Below are positions 48,742 through 57,978 of a DNA stretch of 64,000 nucleotides, piece after piece. The stretch lies in the NCBI GenBank assembly GCA_902541215.1, contig CACBPV010000004.1:18569-82568 (forward strand). The letters are read 5' to 3'. The position numbers and the translations under genes were made by a program. Under the pieces are notes generated by a model. That model was not told where the DNA came from and made no database searches. It was given only the letters and a program-made list of their open reading frames with translations. The stretch is from an uncultured Alphaproteobacteria bacterium (lineage in GTDB: Bacteria; Pseudomonadota; Alphaproteobacteria; HIMB59; GCA-002718135). The first letter of the stretch is position 1; each line of letters opens with the position of its first letter.

Positions 48742-49475
48742 ATAAGATTAATTTAGAAAATAGAGTAGCAATTGTAACTGGAGGAGCACAAGGCTTTGGG
48801 TTAGCAATTACAAAAAGATTTATAGAGTCAGGTGCAAAAGTATTAATATGGGATAAAGATACAGAATATTTGAATAAAGTTGATTTAAAAAATACTCAAA
48901 AAATTGAAGTTGATGTTTCAAATTACAAAAGTGTAGAGAGTGCATTTGCTGAAAGTCTTAAGTATGAAAACAAAATTGATATTTTAATAAATAATGCAGG
49001 AATAGCTGGACCAAACTTTAAGACATGGGATTATCCACTTGAGGAATGGCAAAAAGTTATAGATATAGATCTAAGTGGAGTATTTTATTGCTGCAAAACT
49101 ATAGTTCCTCATTTTATCAAAAATAATTATGGACGTATCGTTAATATTTCTTCAATAGCTGGCAAGGAGGGTAATCCTAATGCAATGCCTTATAGTGCAG
49201 CAAAAGCAGGAGTTATCGCACTTACTAAATCTTTAGGAAAAGAATTAGCTGAAAATAACATTTCAGTGAATTGTGTTACTCCTGCACCTGCTAAAACGCG
49301 TATTTTTGATCAAATTACCCAAGAACATATTGATTATATGTTATCAAAAATTCCTAGAAATAGATTTGTGTTAGTTGAAGAATTAGCTTCTTTAGTTGCA
49401 TGGATGTCTTCTGAAGAAAATTCTTACACAACAGGCTCAACTTTTGATTTGAGTGGAGGTAGAGCTACTTATTAA
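48738..49475 (+). CDS. Short-chain dehydrogenase/reductase (SDR)
   Basis: TGGAQGFG cofactor motif, NNAG, and catalytic S…YSAAK. Confidence 0.9.
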   Translation: MNKINLENRVAIVTGGAQGFGLAITKRFIESGAKVLIWDKDTEYLNKVDLKNTQKIEVDVSNYKSVESAFAESLKYENKIDILINNAGIAGPNFKTWDYPLEEWQKVIDIDLSGVFYCCKTIVPHFIKNNYGRIVNISSIAGKEGNPNAMPYSAAKAGVIALTKSLGKELAENNISVNCVTPAPAKTRIFDQITQEHIDYMLSKIPRNRFVLVEELASLVAWMSSEENSYTTGSTFDLSGGRATY

Positions 49476-50449
49476 TTTTTTCTTCTTTGTATTAGAGCGT
49501 AGACTGTTACAGCTACTGTAATCATGAGTCCGTTAATAAATTTTACATAAAAACCAGATAACCCTAAAGCAACTATTCCTGATTCTAATGATCCAATAAT
49601 TAATACTCCAATAAAAGTTCCAAAAATAGTACCTTTACCACCAAAGACTGAAGTACCACCAACAAAGACAGCTGCTAGTGTCGTTAACATTAAACCTTCA
49701 CCTTGTGTAGGCCAGAAATATAACATTTCATACATTGTAAAGATTCCTGCTAAAGCAGAGAAAAAACCTAATTGAACAAAAGCAATAATTTTTACATTAT
49801 CAACATTAATTCCCATCATTTGAGCACTTGCTTTGTTGTCACCTACAAAGTGGATGTGATTTCCAAATTTATGGTATCGATAAACCCATTGCATTAATCC
49901 AGTTAAAACAATGAACCAAATAAATTGCATTGGAATTTTTCCAAATAATTTTTCAACAAATATCATATGATGCCAGGTTCCATCTGCCACATCGACGATT
50001 GCAATACCACTACCTTGGGAAATTACATTAACCAATCCACGCCAAAAAAATAATGTCCCTATAGTAGCTACTATTGAAGGAATACCTATTTTAGTAACGA
50101 GTAATCCATTAACCAGACCCGCAAACATTCCAAGAGAAGTTGCAAGTATAAATGCAATGAAAACGTTACCATCAGTTGATGTCATAACCATTCCAAATAT
50201 TAATGAAGTAATTCCAACTATAGAAGGAAATGATAAATCAATTTCACCAAGCGTAACAACAAACGTTGCTGATATAGCAATGATTCCAAAAAAAGGCATT
50301 GATTGCATAAATGCTCTATAAATTGGAAAGCGAGTGAAAACATGTGGTGCACCTAAAAAGTATATTAGAAACAGAACGATTGCGATTATTGTAATACTAA
50401 TCTCAAGTTTATGTGTTTTTACAAAATAACTATTTAATAAATTACTCAT
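49472..50449 (-). CDS. Monosaccharide-type ABC transporter permease (RbsC/FrcC-like)
   Basis: 325 aa, about 9-10 TM segments, last gene of the SBP-ATPase-permease operon. Confidence 0.85.
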   Translation of the reverse strand: MSNLLNSYFVKTHKLEISITIIAIVLFLIYFLGAPHVFTRFPIYRAFMQSMPFFGIIAISATFVVTLGEIDLSFPSIVGITSLIFGMVMTSTDGNVFIAFILATSLGMFAGLVNGLLVTKIGIPSIVATIGTLFFWRGLVNVISQGSGIAIVDVADGTWHHMIFVEKLFGKIPMQFIWFIVLTGLMQWVYRYHKFGNHIHFVGDNKASAQMMGINVDNVKIIAFVQLGFFSALAGIFTMYEMLYFWPTQGEGLMLTTLAAVFVGGTSVFGGKGTIFGTFIGVLIIGSLESGIVALGLSGFYVKFINGLMITVAVTVYALIQRRKN

Positions 50450-51217
50450 TTAATCTTCCACTTTAATTTTCCCAGATTCATGCAACTGTATCATTTTCTG
50501 TACAAGTTCTTCTCTTGATATTTCTTCTTTATTAAACTCTCCTACAACTTCACCCCTATCCAAAATAATAAATCGGTCTGCAGCACCATAGACATGAATT
50601 ATATTATGATCGATAAAAATTGCTGATTTATTTTCATTTTTTAAACCCTTTACGAAATTCAGGACTTTTTCTGTTTCTTGAATTGATAAGCCCATAGTTG
50701 GCTCATCTAATACGATCAAATCAGAATTAAAATATAATGATCTACCAAAAGCAACACCTTGCTTTTCTCCACCAGATAATCCCATTACTTGAGAGTCAAC
50801 CGTTATAGCCTTTGATGTAAATCCAATATAGTCACGAAGAATTTTCTCTGCTTCTTTTCTCTGTTTTTTTATATCTAAAAAGCCAAATGAATTTGTAATT
50901 TCTCTTCCAGCAAATATGTTTCTAAATAATTCTTGTTGATCACACAATGCTCTTTCTTGGTAAACTGCTTCAATTCCCATTTTTCGTGATTGAGCAACTG
51001 ATTTAATTTGTACTTCTTCATTTTTAAAAAATACTTTTCCTGAGTTTGGACTATGAACTCCAGTTATGACTTTTATAAGTGTTGATTTGCCAGCTCCGTT
51101 ATCACCTATTAAAGCTACTACTTCACCTTTATTTATTTTGATGTTTACGTCTTTTAAAACTTTTACGTTTCCAAAGTTTTTGTAAATATTTTCTAATTTT
51201 AAGAGTTCTTCTGCCAT
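50450..51217 (-). CDS. ABC transporter ATP-binding protein (single NBD)
   Basis: Walker A GDNGAGKST, signature LSGGEKQG, Walker B LIVLDEPT. 255 aa. Confidence 0.92.
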   Translation of the reverse strand: MAEELLKLENIYKNFGNVKVLKDVNIKINKGEVVALIGDNGAGKSTLIKVITGVHSPNSGKVFFKNEEVQIKSVAQSRKMGIEAVYQERALCDQQELFRNIFAGREITNSFGFLDIKKQRKEAEKILRDYIGFTSKAITVDSQVMGLSGGEKQGVAFGRSLYFNSDLIVLDEPTMGLSIQETEKVLNFVKGLKNENKSAIFIDHNIIHVYGAADRFIILDRGEVVGEFNKEEISREELVQKMIQLHESGKIKVED

Positions 51218-51250
51218 AAAAATAAACCTGCCTTTAAATAAGGCAGGTTT
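51218..51250 (-). terminator. Intrinsic terminator/attenuator hairpin between the SBP and ATPase genes
   Basis: 11-bp stem AAACCTGCCTT/AAGGCAGGTTT (51224-51234 / 51240-51250). On the minus strand it is followed by ATTTTT running straight into the ATPase ATG at 51217. Confidence 0.55.
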
Positions 51251-51262
51251 TAATATTTTAAT

Positions 51263-52243
51263 TTATCTTATTTGTACTGCTGCTAATGGAGCAACAGCTT
51301 CCACGTTATCAGCTGTTACAAATGCAGCACCAGTATCCATTGCTAATCCAGCCATTCCATATTTTGTGCTTAGGAATAATTGTACAATAGGCATATAACC
51401 TTGAATAAATGGTTGCTGATCAATTACTACGTCAATGTAACCAGAATTAATTCCATCAACAATAGGAGCTGATAAGTCAAATCCAGCACCACATACTTCT
51501 TCTGTACCATGACCTGCAGCTTTCATGTAAGTAGGTAAACTTGCAGTTAATCCACCATGATCTGTAATTGCCATTTTGATATCAGGATTTGCACTGTAAG
51601 TCGCAACGTACATAGGAGTTCCTTGAGATGCATCTGAGTTTACGTTATCAGGAATTTCTTGATACACAACCTCAACACCAGCTGCTTCAACACCAGCTAT
51701 TGCACCTTTAGTTCTTTCTCCTCTATTTGGCATACTTGCAAGACCCCAAATAAACGCTTTATCTCCAGCTTGAAGCCCACAAACTTCAACAGCTTTTTTA
51801 CCTAGATTAAATCCAGCATCAAATAAATCTGCACCTGCGTAACCAAAACCTTCAGTTTTATATTCTGATTCAAGATCAGGAAGAGGTGTGTTCATAGTAG
51901 TAATTACTATTCCCATTTCTCTAGCCTCTTGAATGATAGGTCTCATTGCAGCATCACCTGGGAAACCATAAATTGCAATTCCATCAGGCTGTAAAGCAAC
52001 AGCTTCTTTAAATTGCTTAATCATAATTTCTGAATTCCATTGTGACCAGTAATAATCTACGTCACAACCAGTATGTTCTGCTGCAGCTACTGCACCATTG
52101 TAAACGATAGTTCCAAATGGTCCACCTTCTGGCCCACCTGGGAAAAAGATAAATTTCTTATCACAGCTGTAATCATTTTTTGCTACTGCTGAAGTAGATA
52201 CAAAAGCAAAAAATAGAGCAATGACGGCAAAAATTTTTTTCAT
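51263..52243 (-). CDS. Periplasmic sugar-binding protein (RbsB/LacI-type fold) of the ABC transporter
   Basis: Signal peptide MKKIFAVIALFFAFVSTSAVA/K. 326 aa, first gene of the operon. GGAGGAATT RBS upstream on the minus strand. Confidence 0.85.
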   Translation of the reverse strand: MKKIFAVIALFFAFVSTSAVAKNDYSCDKKFIFFPGGPEGGPFGTIVYNGAVAAAEHTGCDVDYYWSQWNSEIMIKQFKEAVALQPDGIAIYGFPGDAAMRPIIQEAREMGIVITTMNTPLPDLESEYKTEGFGYAGADLFDAGFNLGKKAVEVCGLQAGDKAFIWGLASMPNRGERTKGAIAGVEAAGVEVVYQEIPDNVNSDASQGTPMYVATYSANPDIKMAITDHGGLTASLPTYMKAAGHGTEEVCGAGFDLSAPIVDGINSGYIDVVIDQQPFIQGYMPIVQLFLSTKYGMAGLAMDTGAAFVTADNVEAVAPLAAVQIR

Positions 52244-52432
52244 AATTCCTCCAAATAATTTATGATTTATTTTATAAGTGATTAAATCAATAATACAATT
52301 AAATTAAAGTATTATACGTCTTATTACATTCATATTCTTGAACTCCTGGATAGATTAAATGGTCGCACTTAATCAGGAATTTAATTTATTTTTTATATTT
52401 ATAATATTATCAAAAAGTGGTATTTTTTAATA

Positions 52433-53419
52433 ATGGATGTTGATTTAGGTAAATGGTATAGAGCCAACATAGATAAAAAAGAATTTAAACAATTATGTGT
52501 GAAATCTGATTGGCAAGGTTTCAAACACATGATTATTTTTTTCTCTTCTTTGGTTCTTTTCGGTTATTTAGCATATGTTACTTGGGGTACTTGGTGGTCT
52601 TTACTATTTTTTTTAATATATGGAAACATTTGGGGATGCAGTGATGCTATTTGGCACGAAACTGGTCATAGAACAGCATTTAAATCTAAATTCTGGAATG
52701 ACTTCTTTTATTACATAGCCAGCTTTATGGATAACTTTGAGCCGATTAGATGGAGGTATTCACACTACCATCATCATACCTATACTCAATTTAATGATCC
52801 TGTAGATTTTGAAATACATGTTAAAAAACCAACTGACCTGATTGTATTTTTCTCTCACTATATTCCATTTTCAGGTTTATTTTTCTTTAAAAATTCTCTT
52901 CAATGGGAAACTATAAAACATGCCTTCGGTGTAACTACAGATGTAATGAAAGTTTGTATTCCTGAAAACGAAAGATGGAAATGTAGATTATCCGCTTGGA
53001 GTCATCTCTCTATTTGGATCATAAGTATTGCTTCTTCAGTATACTTTCAAAGCTGGCTTCCAGTTCTATATGTTTTATTGCCTAATTTTTATGGAAAAAC
53101 CCTTGTCATGCTTATGGGCCTTACTCAGCACGCCGGACTTAGAGAAGATAAAAGAGATCATAGGTATACAACCAGAACGGTATATTTAAATCCAGTTTTA
53201 AGTTTTTTATATTGGCATATGGAATATCATGTTGAGCACCATATGTTCCCTCAAGTTCCCTCACATAATTTACCTAAACTACATGCTATGATTAAAGATC
53301 AATTACCACCTGCCAGAAAAGGTCTTCTAGGCGCTTATAAAGAAATTGTTCCAGCACTCATAAAACAAGCAAAAAATCCAGACTATCAAATTCCATTATC
53401 TGTTCCTAGTAACGCTTAA
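52433..53419 (+). CDS. Membrane fatty-acid-desaturase-family di-iron oxygenase, paralog 1
   Basis: His boxes HETGH, HYHHH and HVEHH plus QHAG. Hydrophobic helices between the boxes. Confidence 0.8.
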   Translation: MDVDLGKWYRANIDKKEFKQLCVKSDWQGFKHMIIFFSSLVLFGYLAYVTWGTWWSLLFFLIYGNIWGCSDAIWHETGHRTAFKSKFWNDFFYYIASFMDNFEPIRWRYSHYHHHTYTQFNDPVDFEIHVKKPTDLIVFFSHYIPFSGLFFFKNSLQWETIKHAFGVTTDVMKVCIPENERWKCRLSAWSHLSIWIISIASSVYFQSWLPVLYVLLPNFYGKTLVMLMGLTQHAGLREDKRDHRYTTRTVYLNPVLSFLYWHMEYHVEHHMFPQVPSHNLPKLHAMIKDQLPPARKGLLGAYKEIVPALIKQAKNPDYQIPLSVPSNA

Positions 53420-53424
53420 ACTTA

Positions 53425-54654
53425 GTGAAAAAAAACATTATAATTTTAGGCGGTGGTCAAGCCGGAATCTATGCTGCAAGAGAAATTAGAAAAAATGATA
53501 CAGAATCAAATATTAAAATTTTAGGTGAAGAAAATTTATTACCATACGAAAGACCTCCTTTATCTAAAGATTTTTTGCTAGATAAAAAAAATGAACAAGA
53601 TCTCTATTTTCATTCTAGCGAAGTACTAAAAAATGAAAATATAGATTTTGAAAATATATTAATTACTAAAGTTGACTTTGAACATAAAAAACTTTTCTCA
53701 AAAAATGAAGATGTTTACACTTATGATACTTTACTGATTTCAACAGGTTCCGATAATAAAAGACTTAGCCTAGATAATAATTTAAACGATGATGTTTATT
53801 ATCTAAGAAACTTAGAAGAAGCCAAAACAATTAAGGAAAAAGTTTTAAATAAAAATAAAATAACTATTATTGGTGGTGGTTTCATTGGTTTAGAAATTGC
53901 TTCATCTTTATCTCAACTTCAAAAGAAAGTAACTGTTATCGAAATCAGTAATCAACTTATGGGAAGAATTATACCCAAACAAATTGCTGATTTAGTTCAA
54001 AGCACTCATATAGATCATGGAAATAAAATAATATTAAATAAACAGATAGATAAAATAACTAAAAAAAATGATAATTTTGAAATTTTATTAAACGATAATT
54101 CTTTAATAGAAACAGATTTTGTAATTGCAGGTATAGGCTCAACTCCGTCTGTAAAGTTATTTGAAAATACAAATTTAAAGCTTGATAACGGTATAGTTAC
54201 TAATCAATTTTGTGAAACTTCTATTAAAAATGTTTATGCAGCAGGTGATGTATCTAATTTTTATCATCCATTATATGAAAGAAATATGCGACTTGAGTCT
54301 TATCAACATGCACAAAATCATGGAATATGTGCTGGAAAAAATATTGCTGGAGTAAAAACAGAATACACTTCAATTCCTTGGATGTGGTCTGATCAATTTA
54401 ATTTGAATCTTCAACTGACTGGTATTTGTGATGAGTATGATGAAATCATCGAAAGAGGTAATGATATTAATAAAGGTGTTATTTATTTTTTCCTAAAAAA
54501 TAATAAAATAAGAGGAGCATGTGGTGTTGGAATCATAGGAAAAGTAGGCCGTGACATTAGAATAACTTCTAAATTAACTGAGAAAGATACCATTGTAGAT
54601 AAACAAATTCTCTCAGATCAAAATCTAAAATTAAATAAACTTATACAAAAATAA
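53425..54654 (+). CDS. FAD-dependent NAD(P)H:ferredoxin reductase (pyridine nucleotide-disulfide oxidoreductase family)
   Basis: GTG start. FAD motif IIILGGGQAG, NAD motif ITIIGGGFIGLEIAS, and AAGDV. 409 aa, as for BphG/TodA/putidaredoxin-reductase-type reductases. Confidence 0.87.
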   Translation: MKKNIIILGGGQAGIYAAREIRKNDTESNIKILGEENLLPYERPPLSKDFLLDKKNEQDLYFHSSEVLKNENIDFENILITKVDFEHKKLFSKNEDVYTYDTLLISTGSDNKRLSLDNNLNDDVYYLRNLEEAKTIKEKVLNKNKITIIGGGFIGLEIASSLSQLQKKVTVIEISNQLMGRIIPKQIADLVQSTHIDHGNKIILNKQIDKITKKNDNFEILLNDNSLIETDFVIAGIGSTPSVKLFENTNLKLDNGIVTNQFCETSIKNVYAAGDVSNFYHPLYERNMRLESYQHAQNHGICAGKNIAGVKTEYTSIPWMWSDQFNLNLQLTGICDEYDEIIERGNDINKGVIYFFLKNNKIRGACGVGIIGKVGRDIRITSKLTEKDTIVDKQILSDQNLKLNKLIQK

Positions 54655-54706
54655 CAATTTAATTATTTTGTATTTATTTTCATAAAATAGCTATTATATA
54701 CAAACT

Positions 54707-55024
54707 ATGTCTGAAAAAAATTGGATTGAAGTAGGGTCTACAGATAGTATTGAAGAAGAGGATCTCATCAGATTTGATCATCAAGATAAAACTTTTTGTG
54801 TGTATAAGCTAACAGATGGTTTTTATGCTACTGATGGAATTTGTACACACGAGGCGGTACATCTTGAAGATGGTTTGGTTATGGATGATGAAATTGAATG
54901 TCCAATGCACCAGGGAATTTTTAATATTAAATCTGGAGAAGCTTTAAGCCCACCAGCGTGTGAGGATTTAAAAACATATCCAGTTAAAGTTGATAATGAC
55001 AAAATTTTCATTAAGATAGATTAA
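54707..55024 (+). CDS. Rieske [2Fe-2S] ferredoxin
   Basis: CTHEAVH … CPMHQGIF (C-x-H / C-x-x-H). 105 aa, no oxygenase catalytic domain. Confidence 0.87.
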   Translation: MSEKNWIEVGSTDSIEEEDLIRFDHQDKTFCVYKLTDGFYATDGICTHEAVHLEDGLVMDDEIECPMHQGIFNIKSGEALSPPACEDLKTYPVKVDNDKIFIKID

Positions 55025-55043
55025 CTATTTTTTTGGAGATTTT

Positions 55044-55871
55044 ATGAGCAGAAAAAAACTTACAGTTTATGATTATTTGCAATGCAAGGGTAAAAGACAA
55101 CTAAGTGTTATGTTCGTGCATAATGCTGATGAAGCTGCAGCAGCTGAAGAAGCAGGCATTAACATGATTTGTACTTCTCATGATGCTCCACAATTTGGTA
55201 TTTTCAATTCTTTTGATGAGCTTAAGCGAATTCGCGAGGCTGCACCAACTTGCTTTATGCAATCCGGAGGAGCAGTAAGAGTAGCTTCTGAATACGAAGC
55301 AATGAAACTATCACACAAGTATTTAGACATTGGTGCAGATGTTATCTATGGTGGTAATTGGAGTTACAAATGGATTAGAGCATTAAGAGATGAATATGTT
55401 CCAATTAATAGTCATGTTGGATTAGTTCCAGGAAATGCTACTTGGATTGGAGGATTTGTTGCACAAGGTAAAACAGCAGATAAAGCCATAAGAATATTAG
55501 AACATACTCTTGAGTTACAAGAAGCGGGTGCTATTGGAGTTGAACTCGAAGTAGTTCCACCAAAAGTTGCAGAAGTTATTACAAAAAAAGTTGATATCAT
55601 GACTCTCTCAATGGGAAGTGGTTCTGGATGTGATGGGCAATATTTATTTGCTAATGATGTACTCGGATATACTCAAGGAAAAATTCCAAGACATGCACGA
55701 ATTTATAGAGATTTTAAAAAAGAATTTTCAAAACTACAAGCTGAAAGAGTAAATGCATTCAAAGAGTTTCACGATGATACGGTAAACAAAAAATTTAATG
55801 ATCCTAAAATCACTGTTAATATTGATGAAGGTGAATTTGAAAAATTTTTAAAGCTTTCAGAAAAATTTTGA
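55044..55871 (+). CDS. 3-methyl-2-oxobutanoate hydroxymethyltransferase (PanB)-family protein, divergent
   Basis: Collinear with PanB (…SHVGLVPGN…GGF.AQGK…LQEAGAIGVELEVVP…). The canonical N-terminal GDSLGM strand is not recognisable. Confidence 0.7.
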   Translation: MSRKKLTVYDYLQCKGKRQLSVMFVHNADEAAAAEEAGINMICTSHDAPQFGIFNSFDELKRIREAAPTCFMQSGGAVRVASEYEAMKLSHKYLDIGADVIYGGNWSYKWIRALRDEYVPINSHVGLVPGNATWIGGFVAQGKTADKAIRILEHTLELQEAGAIGVELEVVPPKVAEVITKKVDIMTLSMGSGSGCDGQYLFANDVLGYTQGKIPRHARIYRDFKKEFSKLQAERVNAFKEFHDDTVNKKFNDPKITVNIDEGEFEKFLKLSEKF

Positions 55872-55874
55872 TTA

Positions 55875-56891
55875 ATGTTCGCGGGCGAAGTTGATTTAAA
55901 AACTTGGTATAAACCAAAAATAGATAAGAAAACTTTAAAGGAACTTTCTAAGAGATCCGATATTAAAGGTTTATTAGATATATACGTATTTATTGTTGCT
56001 TTAATATTAAGTGGATATCTGTGTATTATAAGTTGGGGTAGTTTATGGTCAATACCTGCTCTTTTACTTTATGGAAATATTTTCTATTGTAAAATCATAA
56101 GCATTCAACATGAAACAAATCACGAAACATATTTTAAAACAAGAGCGTTAAATAAATTTTTTTATCATATAACTTCTTTACTCGGTGGTTTTGAGGCAGT
56201 TAGATGGAAGTGGAGTCATTTTCATCACCATACTTACACCATATTTACACATGAGGAGGTGTATGATTACGAAAATAATAGTCCGAAACCAACAGAACCT
56301 GTCAGATTTCTTTTAAATTTTTTACCCCTTGGTCCAATAATTAATATTCAAAAAATAAGACATTTTACGCATTTTGAAATTATTAAACATTCATTTGGGA
56401 TAATTACTCCTGTTGTAAAAGTTACAGTACCTGAAAAAGAGATAAAAAAAATAATTAATAGTTCAAGATTATATTTAAGTTTTTGGCTACTTGTAATTTT
56501 ATCCTCAGTTTTGCTTCAATCATGGTTGCCAATTATTATGATAATTTTTCCTCCATTTTATGGCAACACTGTATTAATGATTTGTGCCATGACTCAACAC
56601 GCAGGACTAGCCGATAATATTAAAGATCATAGAAAAAGTACAAGAACTGTTATTATGAATCCCCTTTTTAGTTTTTTGTATTCAAACATGGAGTATCATA
56701 TTGAGCACCATATTTTCCCAAAAATCCCATGCCATAATTTAAAAAAATTTCACAAAATAGTTAAAAATCAAATGCCAGAACCTCACAACGGAATAATTTC
56801 TGCTTATAGATCAATAATCCCAGCAATATTTAAGCAATCTAAAGATAAAAATTATTATATTGATGTGAAGGTTCCAGATACGACAATTTAG
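55875..56891 (+). CDS. Membrane fatty-acid-desaturase-family di-iron oxygenase, paralog 2
   Basis: Collinear with 52433..53419 over its whole length. His boxes HETNH, HFHHH and HIEHH plus QHAG. Confidence 0.8.
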   Translation: MFAGEVDLKTWYKPKIDKKTLKELSKRSDIKGLLDIYVFIVALILSGYLCIISWGSLWSIPALLLYGNIFYCKIISIQHETNHETYFKTRALNKFFYHITSLLGGFEAVRWKWSHFHHHTYTIFTHEEVYDYENNSPKPTEPVRFLLNFLPLGPIINIQKIRHFTHFEIIKHSFGIITPVVKVTVPEKEIKKIINSSRLYLSFWLLVILSSVLLQSWLPIIMIIFPPFYGNTVLMICAMTQHAGLADNIKDHRKSTRTVIMNPLFSFLYSNMEYHIEHHIFPKIPCHNLKKFHKIVKNQMPEPHNGIISAYRSIIPAIFKQSKDKNYYIDVKVPDTTI

Positions 56892-56929
56892 TCTCTTTTT
56901 TTTTATTCAAAATATACTATAAATACAAC

Positions 56930-57934
56930 ATGGGTAATCAATTAAATGATAGTGATTTTGGTACAAGAGATAAAAGAGGTCATTGGAAACCATTTGGTAC
57001 AATAAGTATTAACCCACCTAAAGATATATTTTTTAACCCAATAAAATTTTTAAAGTATTTTTTTAAATTTCCTGGAATTTTTTTCCCATGGACTTTTGTC
57101 TTTGCAGCAATAACAGTTGCTACATATCTTTTTTTGACTCCTTCTTTAGAGACAATGAAAACTTTTGAAATAGGATGGATATCATATATATTTTTTAGAA
57201 ATGCAGTTATTATTTTGCTCTGGACAGGCTTCTTTCATTTAAGATTAAAGACACAAGGAACTTCATTTAAATATAATCCGCGACCTTTGGAGAAAAATAA
57301 CTCAACATTTCTATTTAATGATCAGACTAAAGATAACCTATTCTATACTTTTTGTAGTGCTATTCCATTGTGGACAGCTTATGAAGTAATTACATTTTGG
57401 GCATTTGCAAATCAAATAATCCCTTATGTAAGCTGGGAGACGTATCCAATATATTGTTGTTTTATGTTCTTTCTTGTCCCGTTTATAAGAGACGCACATT
57501 TTTACTTAACTCATAGATTATTACACTGGGCACCACTTTATAAAATTGCACATAAAGTACACCACCGTAATACGAATACAGGTGCTTGGTCAGGTATGTC
57601 TATGCATCCAATAGAGCATATACTCTATTTTTCAGGAATCTTAGTTCATTGGATAATCCCTTCACATCCTCTTGTTGCGATGTATCATGTATTTCATGCT
57701 GGTTTAGCACCTACACCTGGACATACAGGATATGAAAAAATGACTTTCAAAAATGGTGTATCAATACCAACAGGTGATTATATGCATTATATTCATCATA
57801 AATATTTTGAATGCAATTATTCAGGTGGAAATACTAGTTTCTTAGATAAATTAATGGGTACGTTCCATGATGGATCTGAAGAAGCAACGAAAGAAGTAAT
57901 GGCTCGTATTAAAGATAAAGCACATTATCTCTAA
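56930..57934 (+). CDS. Fatty acid hydroxylase / sterol desaturase superfamily membrane di-iron oxygenase
   Basis: His motifs HRLLHW, HKVHHRN, HPIEH and HYIHHKY. N-terminal TM segments. Confidence 0.8.
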   Translation: MGNQLNDSDFGTRDKRGHWKPFGTISINPPKDIFFNPIKFLKYFFKFPGIFFPWTFVFAAITVATYLFLTPSLETMKTFEIGWISYIFFRNAVIILLWTGFFHLRLKTQGTSFKYNPRPLEKNNSTFLFNDQTKDNLFYTFCSAIPLWTAYEVITFWAFANQIIPYVSWETYPIYCCFMFFLVPFIRDAHFYLTHRLLHWAPLYKIAHKVHHRNTNTGAWSGMSMHPIEHILYFSGILVHWIIPSHPLVAMYHVFHAGLAPTPGHTGYEKMTFKNGVSIPTGDYMHYIHHKYFECNYSGGNTSFLDKLMGTFHDGSEEATKEVMARIKDKAHYL

Positions 57935-57978
57935 ACTTATCTTCATAAATTTTAAATTTTATTATAATGATCTAAAAT

